Positions 6,537-12,016 of a stretch of 12,605 nt of DNA are shown one piece after another. The notes under the pieces were generated by a model. It was not told where the DNA came from, did no database searches, and saw only the letters and a program-made list of their open reading frames with translations. The position numbers and the translations under genes are program-made. Source of the stretch: Candidatus Bathyarchaeum sp. (GTDB lineage Archaea > Thermoproteota > Bathyarchaeia > Bathyarchaeales > Bathyarchaeaceae); NCBI GenBank assembly GCA_026014495.1, contig JAOZIF010000128.1:1-12605 (forward strand), read 5' to 3'. The stretch's first letter is position 1, and the number at the start of each line of letters is the position of its first letter.

Positions 6537-8456
6537 ATGGAAGGGTCGTTGCTGTATCATATGGCTATGATAAGCAAAATGGCTGCAGAGTCCAGAATTG
6601 TTCTTGAAGAACTAGAAGTGGAGGGCCCCTCTGTAGAAAGTTCGCTGTGGAGGTTTTACAGCGATTTTGTTTCTGACGCCAAAGAAATGCTGGAAGACAT
6701 TGTACAAGTAGATGACTCGACAGTAATGGCTGCTAAGAATCGTGCTCCCAGTGTTGAGGAAAAAATTGAACTCTTCAAGAGATTAAGTGAGAATACCAGA
6801 AATGTTGAAGAGTTGCTTGCTAAAAAAGATTCAGGAGCCAAAGAGGGCATCCAAAACCTGTTTCGTGAGTGGGCAAAACATGTTGTTGAGATGCGTTTGC
6901 GTCAAGAATATGAGACCATAAAGGGTTTTTTGGTTGTAGACCAACTAGCCAAGCAGTTGGGTGTAGAGCGAATATCAGAAGTTATGGAACGCGTACAAAA
7001 GAGATTTGGAGATAAAACAGTTGACTCCGCGTTTAATGTGTCTCTGAAGGTTGGCCTGTCAAAAGAGAAACTGCAAAAACTGATGCTTAGTGACCACTTC
7101 ATAGAATTTAAGATGGATATGAAGAATCTGGAAGGGTTTATGCGGTTTTTGAATTGTCCAATCCATGGAAGCCACAAGTATATGGAAGCAGAATTGGACA
7201 AAAAAAGTGGAACAGGACAGCTTTTCTGCAAGAATTTTTGTAGGGCGCATGCGCAATCTATGTTTGAGAAGTTTATTCCGTTTCCTGTGAATGTTTCGCA
7301 TCCTTTGAGGATGACGTCTGATAGAAAGTGTGAGTTTAGGATTAAACTTGCGCCTTCTTCTGCTGCGCCTAGTAAGGAAAAGTATGTTCCGTTGGTTGTT
7401 TCTTGGAACGTGACGTTAAGATGCAATTTGAAGTGTGCACACTGCTACATTAATGCGGAAGAAAAAGAGTTGCCCGACGAGTTGAGTACCGACGCAGCGA
7501 AGATGCTTATTCATCAGATTACTGAAGTTAGCAGACCCCTGTTGATATTGAGTGGTGGTGAGCCACTGCTAAGAGAGGACATCTACGAGATTATCAGGTA
7601 TGGTGCAGACCGTGGGTTGCGGATGGGAATGGGAAGCAATGGGATGCTTATTGACGATGAAGTTGCAAGAAAGCTCAAAGATGCTGGAATGTGGACTGTT
7701 GCAGTCAGCTTAGACTCAAGTATTCCTGAAAGGCATGACGAGTTCCGTGGCGTAGAGGGCTGCTGGGAACATGCAGTAAATGCGATTAAGGCACTCAAAA
7801 ATGCGGGCATAGCGGTTCAGGTTAACTGCACAGTTACGCGACAAAACTATGACGAAGTAGATGACGTAATGGCGTTGGCTGAAAGTTTGGGCGTAGACAA
7901 TTTTCATTTGTTCTTTTTGGTGCCCACGGGAAGAGGGACAGACATCGAGGACATAACACCACAAATGTACGAAGACATGATTCGAAGTACCCTAGCCAAG
8001 ACAACAAAGTATAAACTGAACGTAAAGCCTTCATGTGCCCCCCAGTTTATGCGCGTTGCTAAAGACGAAGGCATTGACATGTCACGTTGGGTTAGAGGCT
8101 GCATGGCTGGACTTTACTATTGTCGCATTTATCCGTCTGGAGAGGTCACTCCCTGTCCATACATGCCGGTCAGTTTAGGAAACATAAGAGAAAAGTCATT
8201 CAAGGACATTTGGTTCAAATCAGAGGTTTTCAGGGCGCTACGTGACTTTGATCAACTGAAAGGAAAATGTGGCGTATGCGAGCACCGTGAAGTGTGTGGA
8301 GGATGCCGCGCTAGGGCATACGGTGTAACTACAGAGCACATGGACTTTTGCGGCGCATTACATGAGCCCACACAAATGCAGGGCGATTATTTGGCAGATG
8401 ACCCATGGTGTGTTTACCAGCCCAAGAATTTGAAGTCCAACAAAGAACAACAATAG
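6537..8456 (+). CDS. ahbD: Radical SAM/SPASM enzyme of the AhbD/NirJ2 (heme b synthase) type with a long N-terminal extension; true start probably further upstream (about 6339)
   Basis: CxxxCxxC motif CNLKCAHC (7422-7445), SGGEPLLR, HLFFLVPTGRG, KPSCAPQFMR and SPASM cysteines (GCMAG, TPCPY, CGVCEHREVCGGCRARA, DPWCVY) match the AhbD/NirJ2 branch from memory. About 280 aa precede the SAM domain. The symbol reflects family resemblance; the function is not proven. Confidence 0.72.
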   Translation: MEGSLLYHMAMISKMAAESRIVLEELEVEGPSVESSLWRFYSDFVSDAKEMLEDIVQVDDSTVMAAKNRAPSVEEKIELFKRLSENTRNVEELLAKKDSGAKEGIQNLFREWAKHVVEMRLRQEYETIKGFLVVDQLAKQLGVERISEVMERVQKRFGDKTVDSAFNVSLKVGLSKEKLQKLMLSDHFIEFKMDMKNLEGFMRFLNCPIHGSHKYMEAELDKKSGTGQLFCKNFCRAHAQSMFEKFIPFPVNVSHPLRMTSDRKCEFRIKLAPSSAAPSKEKYVPLVVSWNVTLRCNLKCAHCYINAEEKELPDELSTDAAKMLIHQITEVSRPLLILSGGEPLLREDIYEIIRYGADRGLRMGMGSNGMLIDDEVARKLKDAGMWTVAVSLDSSIPERHDEFRGVEGCWEHAVNAIKALKNAGIAVQVNCTVTRQNYDEVDDVMALAESLGVDNFHLFFLVPTGRGTDIEDITPQMYEDMIRSTLAKTTKYKLNVKPSCAPQFMRVAKDEGIDMSRWVRGCMAGLYYCRIYPSGEVTPCPYMPVSLGNIREKSFKDIWFKSEVFRALRDFDQLKGKCGVCEHREVCGGCRARAYGVTTEHMDFCGALHEPTQMQGDYLADDPWCVYQPKNLKSNKEQQ

Positions 8457-8470
8457 GGACAATAGCAAAG

Positions 8471-8488
8471 TCTTTTCTTTTTCACTTT
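8471..8488 (+). terminator. Pyrimidine/oligo-T terminator after the radical SAM gene
   Basis: TCTTTTCTTTTTCACTTT starting 15 nt after the stop codon. Confidence 0.5.
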
Positions 8489-8546
8489 GGTAAAAAAGGT
8501 GTAAACGTAAAGAAGGAAAAGAACAGTGAATGGTGAAACGGTTTTG

Positions 8547-8993
8547 ATGAAAAAAAGAAAGAGAATTGCCTTGGTTGCTCATGACCACAAAAAAGAAGAT
8601 TTGCTTGATTGGGTGAAGTTCAACAAGTATCTTTTGAGTTTGCATGAGCTTTATGCAACAGGAACCACAGGAAAAATTATCGAAAAAGCAGGCTTAGATG
8701 TAACTAAACTCAAGAGTGGACCACTAGGGGGCGACATGCAGGTTGGCGCCAAGATTGCAAATGGTGAAATCGATTTTCTGATTTTCTTTTGGGACCCGCT
8801 GGAGTCTCAGCCGCATGACCCTGACGTGAAGGCTCTTTTGCGTATGGCTGTGGTTTGGAATATTCCGGTTGCGTGTAATCGTTCTACTGCAGATTTTATG
8901 GTTTCGTCTACTTTGATGGATAAAGAGTATGATAGGATTATACCTGATTATGAGGATTACAGGCAACGCAGGATAAGTGGATCAATCGACTGA
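8547..8993 (+). CDS. mgsA: Methylglyoxal synthase
   Basis: All hallmark motifs present: [71 protein letters not shown] at 8532-8536 favours TTG 8544 or ATG 8547 over the ORF-track GTG 8526. Confidence 0.96.
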   Translation: MKKRKRIALVAHDHKKEDLLDWVKFNKYLLSLHELYATGTTGKIIEKAGLDVTKLKSGPLGGDMQVGAKIANGEIDFLIFFWDPLESQPHDPDVKALLRMAVVWNIPVACNRSTADFMVSSTLMDKEYDRIIPDYEDYRQRRISGSID

Positions 8994-9040
8994 CAATAGG
9001 TTTTGATGTATAAACAGGCAGATTAGTAGTTGTTGGCGCG

Positions 9041-9078
9041 AAAATGTTATATGTAATATTTTAGTTACATGTAATATT
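9041..9078 (+). promoter_or_regulatory. Promoter with overlapping ATGTAA-N8-TTACAT operator upstream of the winged-helix regulator
   Basis: AAAA-TG-TTATAT BRE/TATA (9041-9052) abuts a perfect dyad ATGTAA-tattttag-TTACAT (9051-9070). The 10-mer ATGTAATATT is repeated at 9051 and 9069. Confidence 0.7.
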
Positions 9079-9091
9079 GTGGTAAACATGG

Positions 9092-9391
9092 ATGACGTAC
9101 ATCGAGCAATTGTCAAGAAAATTGAAAGCATTAGCGCATCCAGTGCGACTCAAGATAGTAATTGTGTTAGCTAAAGAGGACAAAGACATGTATTTGAATC
9201 AAATTGCAAACAAACTGGAAATCAACAGAGCACTAGCAAAAATACACTTGAAAAAACTTGAAAGAGAAAATATAATCAAAAGTCGAGTTGTTCTGGTTGA
9301 GGGAGAGGCAAGAGCTCTAAGGTATTACAGGCTTAATGAGTTTGATATCCATGTTTCACCTAATCGTCTTAAACAGGAGGTAGAGAAATGA
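9092..9391 (+). CDS. ArsR-like winged helix-turn-helix transcriptional regulator
   Basis: LKALAHPVRLKIV...MYLNQIANKLEINRALAKIHLKKLE...RYYRL fits the ArsR/HTH_20 winged-helix pattern. It has no cysteines, so no classical Cys metal-sensing site. Confidence 0.88.
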   Translation: MTYIEQLSRKLKALAHPVRLKIVIVLAKEDKDMYLNQIANKLEINRALAKIHLKKLERENIIKSRVVLVEGEARALRYYRLNEFDIHVSPNRLKQEVEK

Positions 9392-9684
9392 ATTCTAAAG
9401 CTGCGATAATAGCGAGTTGCTGGTTTGCAGTAGCTGTGATATCTTCAGTTTACATTTTTGTTGCGTTAGGTGGAGGGTATCTTGGGGATATTCTTTTTGG
9501 GTTACTCTTTCCAGTTGGTGCGCTTGTTTTAGTTGCTTTTATTGTAACATTTGGAGTACAGGGCGGCTTTGAACCAGAAAATAAGATTGACAAGTCCGTG
9601 TCAACTGACCTTCAAGACATAAAATTGAAGCTGGATGAAGTTTCACGGGAAGTTGAGGCGATCAAAAAAACGATTGAAGAATAA
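9388..9684 (+). CDS. Small membrane protein (2 TM) with C-terminal coiled coil, function unknown
   Basis: Two hydrophobic segments followed by the heptad-like tail DLQDIKLKLDEVSREVEAIKKTIEE. ATGA overlap with the regulator stop (9388-9391) indicates translational coupling. Confidence 0.8.
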   Translation: MNSKAAIIASCWFAVAVISSVYIFVALGGGYLGDILFGLLFPVGALVLVAFIVTFGVQGGFEPENKIDKSVSTDLQDIKLKLDEVSREVEAIKKTIEE

Positions 9685-9819
9685 GGCACATTCATTTTTC
9701 GTTCTAACACACTTATTTCAACAATAACAGATTTTCTTTAGCAGCCATTGTTCAGCTGAAGACACAAATATTTACAAACACTTGCATGTATAGATGGTGT
9801 TTGTGATGAGGTGCTTTTG

Positions 9820-10536
9820 TTGAAGTATGCGGTGATTAAGGCTTTTGATTGTCCGGATGCTTGGTATAAGGTTTTGAATGAGATTTGGTATAACGGGGAG
9901 ATTTTCAATGTTGGTTATGGTTCAGAAATTACTGAAACCAAGAAGTTGAATGTGAGCATAGAAATAACTAACCCCGCAAACCGTCCTTTGCTGGATTTTA
10001 TGGCTCCGTGTGACATGCAGTATGTTCAGTGGTATGCTCTGAAGTATTTGTGGTCTGGAGAAATTGAGGATGAAACATACACTTATGGAAGCCGAATGCG
10101 AGACCCAGTTGACCAAGTAGAAGAAGCCATCAAACGGTATGTAGATGAAATACAAGACCGTCAAGTCACGTTTGTTATCAGGTTGCCTGAGGACATTAAA
10201 AAGTGGTTAAGCAAGGACAGAAAACATGAGCCGCCCTGCCTGAGTTTAATAGATACGGAAGTTTCAGATAACAAACTGCATTTGACTTGTTACTTTAGGT
10301 CGTGGGATGCGTATGCTGGTTTGCCTGCAAATATTGCGGGCATTCAAATGTTTAATGAGGCATTAGTTTCGGAGATTAACCGAAGAGCAGACCTGAATCT
10401 TTCGACGGGTAAACTGATTTTTCATAGCAAAAATTGTCACATCTATGAAAGATTATACGCCCTAGTCGAAGAGAAAGTGAAGCCCGGTGAAGATAAAAGA
10501 CGAAAGATGCTGGGCAAAGCAGACGTGAAAAGTTAG
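9820..10536 (+). CDS. thyA: Thymidylate synthase, compact archaeal (methanogen-type) ThyA family
   Basis: YTYGSR, catalytic PPC, YFRSWD, specificity Asn in LPANIAG and NCHIYE. TTG at 9820 lies 6 nt after GAGGTG (9808-9813); ORF-track start is GTG 9811. Confidence 0.88.
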   Translation: MKYAVIKAFDCPDAWYKVLNEIWYNGEIFNVGYGSEITETKKLNVSIEITNPANRPLLDFMAPCDMQYVQWYALKYLWSGEIEDETYTYGSRMRDPVDQVEEAIKRYVDEIQDRQVTFVIRLPEDIKKWLSKDRKHEPPCLSLIDTEVSDNKLHLTCYFRSWDAYAGLPANIAGIQMFNEALVSEINRRADLNLSTGKLIFHSKNCHIYERLYALVEEKVKPGEDKRRKMLGKADVKS

Positions 10537-10574
10537 TTTTGTTGTGGTAGGCTAATGTTTTTGTGAACTTTTTT
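10537..10574 (+). terminator. Oligo-T terminator after thyA
   Basis: T4 (10537-10540), T5 (10558-10562) and T6 (10569-10574) tracts directly after the stop. Confidence 0.5.
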
Positions 10575-10806
10575 AGCAAATGTGTGCTGTGCAAAAAATT
10601 TCAGAAAAAAAGCTAGTTTTCAACAATGAACTGCTATTAGTCTCCTAATATGCCGCACAGACGTGTGAATAACTTAAGGTTAACATTACACGGTTTCTTT
10701 TGTGCTTGGAGAATGGTTTTTTGTGAGTTGATTTATTGATTTCGTGTAACGTAATAGTTAATACTTTGGCCAACCATAAATAGTGCGGTAAAGAAGTGGT
10801 TAGTGT

Positions 10807-11955
10807 ATGCTTTCAGTAGCTAGGCATCAGAAGGTATTCCTCGCCTTTCTTTTAGTTTCGTCACTGTTTGTTTTGCCTAGTGTTTGTTTAGCTGACAGCT
10901 ATGAATACAGCTACGAACTGTTGGATAGTCCAAACGGGTCAACTCCATACAATTTGACGATTTCAATAACTGAAACATTGTACGAGTATTACGTTAGTCA
11001 AAGTCACAGACCGCAAGGTAATGATTTTTCAAAATACGTGACTCCTGATGCTGTGAAGCCAATTGCGGATGATTTATGGAAGATTTACAATAATGAAGAG
11101 GATTTTGCTAATGGCGTTCTTATGTTGATGCATCAGATTCCGTATGTAGAGAGTGACCCTCAAAAATACGCCGTAGAAACGCTTGTTGACAACGAGGGCG
11201 ACTGTGACCTCTTCTCTATACTAGCAGCATCTATAATGAAAGCGGGTGGACTTGACGTTGTTTTGCTTCTTTTGGAGCAGCAGGAACACATGTGGGTGGG
11301 AGTTCATTTGTCGGAAAGCCCAAAGGATGCACGCACTCAAGTGTATTTTTACAGGTATGACGAAAAGAAGTATTACGTAGCCGAGACTACTGGCGGCAAG
11401 TGGGAAATCGGGTGGCGTGTTGGCGAGTGCCCTGAGATTCTTCAAAGTGCAGGAGCAACAGTGATACCGTTAACAAATTATGAGAGGTCAGCTCCGGGGC
11501 AAGTTGCGTCCAGCTATACTACGCCTATTTCTTCAGAGATTTACATGTCGCTTTCTACGGACTTTGTAGTTGCGCAAGAGGGCGTAGAGATAACGGGGTC
11601 AGTTTTGCCGTCTTTGGCGGGAGAAAACGTTACGTTATATGTTAGTTCGGGGGGTTCGCCGTTAGTTATGTTGGCAAGTGTTTTAACTGATTCTAATGGA
11701 GAGTATTCTTACATATGGGAGTCTCCTGCCAGCGGAGTGTACTCAATAAGAGCCACGTGGTCAGGGGACGAAGTTTACAGCGGTGCAGACAGCAGCACAT
11801 TTAGTCTTGTAGTCATATCTTCCGAGTTTGTTATTATCGGAGGCGTTCTAGCCGCCTTTATCGTAATTCTAATAATAGTAACACTATCAACAAGAAAAAA
11901 GGTAGACAAAGAACAGGAAACCTTTGAAGATTGGGATTTCGCGGATTACCCCTAA
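10807..11955 (+). CDS. Membrane-anchored surface protein: signal peptide, transglutaminase-like cysteine protease domain, Ig-like domain, C-terminal TM anchor
   Basis: Signal peptide ending ...VCLA/D. Papain-like triad pattern EGDC133, EH161MWVGV, YYVAE193TT. Beta-rich Ig-like segment (about aa 243-336). TM at aa 341-360 followed by RKK and an acidic tail. Three N-glycosylation sequons (NGS, NLT, NVT). Confidence 0.8.
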   Translation: MLSVARHQKVFLAFLLVSSLFVLPSVCLADSYEYSYELLDSPNGSTPYNLTISITETLYEYYVSQSHRPQGNDFSKYVTPDAVKPIADDLWKIYNNEEDFANGVLMLMHQIPYVESDPQKYAVETLVDNEGDCDLFSILAASIMKAGGLDVVLLLLEQQEHMWVGVHLSESPKDARTQVYFYRYDEKKYYVAETTGGKWEIGWRVGECPEILQSAGATVIPLTNYERSAPGQVASSYTTPISSEIYMSLSTDFVVAQEGVEITGSVLPSLAGENVTLYVSSGGSPLVMLASVLTDSNGEYSYIWESPASGVYSIRATWSGDEVYSGADSSTFSLVVISSEFVIIGGVLAAFIVILIIVTLSTRKKVDKEQETFEDWDFADYP

Positions 11956-12016
11956 GAGCCATTAAAAACATATCCTGACAAAGAATTATTTACAGCAAAA
12001 CAGGGATGACTGTTAA

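Noticed and set aside
8471-8522. Imperfect hairpin between TCTTTTC (8471-8477) and GAAAAGA (8516-8522), with three GTAAA copies inside
   Set aside because: Low-complexity pyrimidine/purine tracts needing several G-U pairs. Explained by a terminator followed by an A-rich promoter. The GTAA copies lack a TTAC partner at N8.
9088-9174. 28-codon out-of-frame ORF starting 4 nt before the winged-helix ATG
   Set aside because: Overlaps the regulator, has no recognisable content, and the SD-like GTGGT spacing fits ATG 9092 well. Probably chance.
10635-10650. TATTAG-tctc-CTAATA 6-bp dyad in the long intergenic region
   Set aside because: Single short AT-rich stem with no second copy in the window. 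Insufficient support for an operator or ncRNA.
6656-11445. Minus-strand ORFs opposite the radical SAM gene, mgsA, thyA and the surface protein (e.g. 6902-7426, 174 aa)
   Set aside because: Antisense to strongly supported genes, and the translations have the low-information composition typical of reverse frames.
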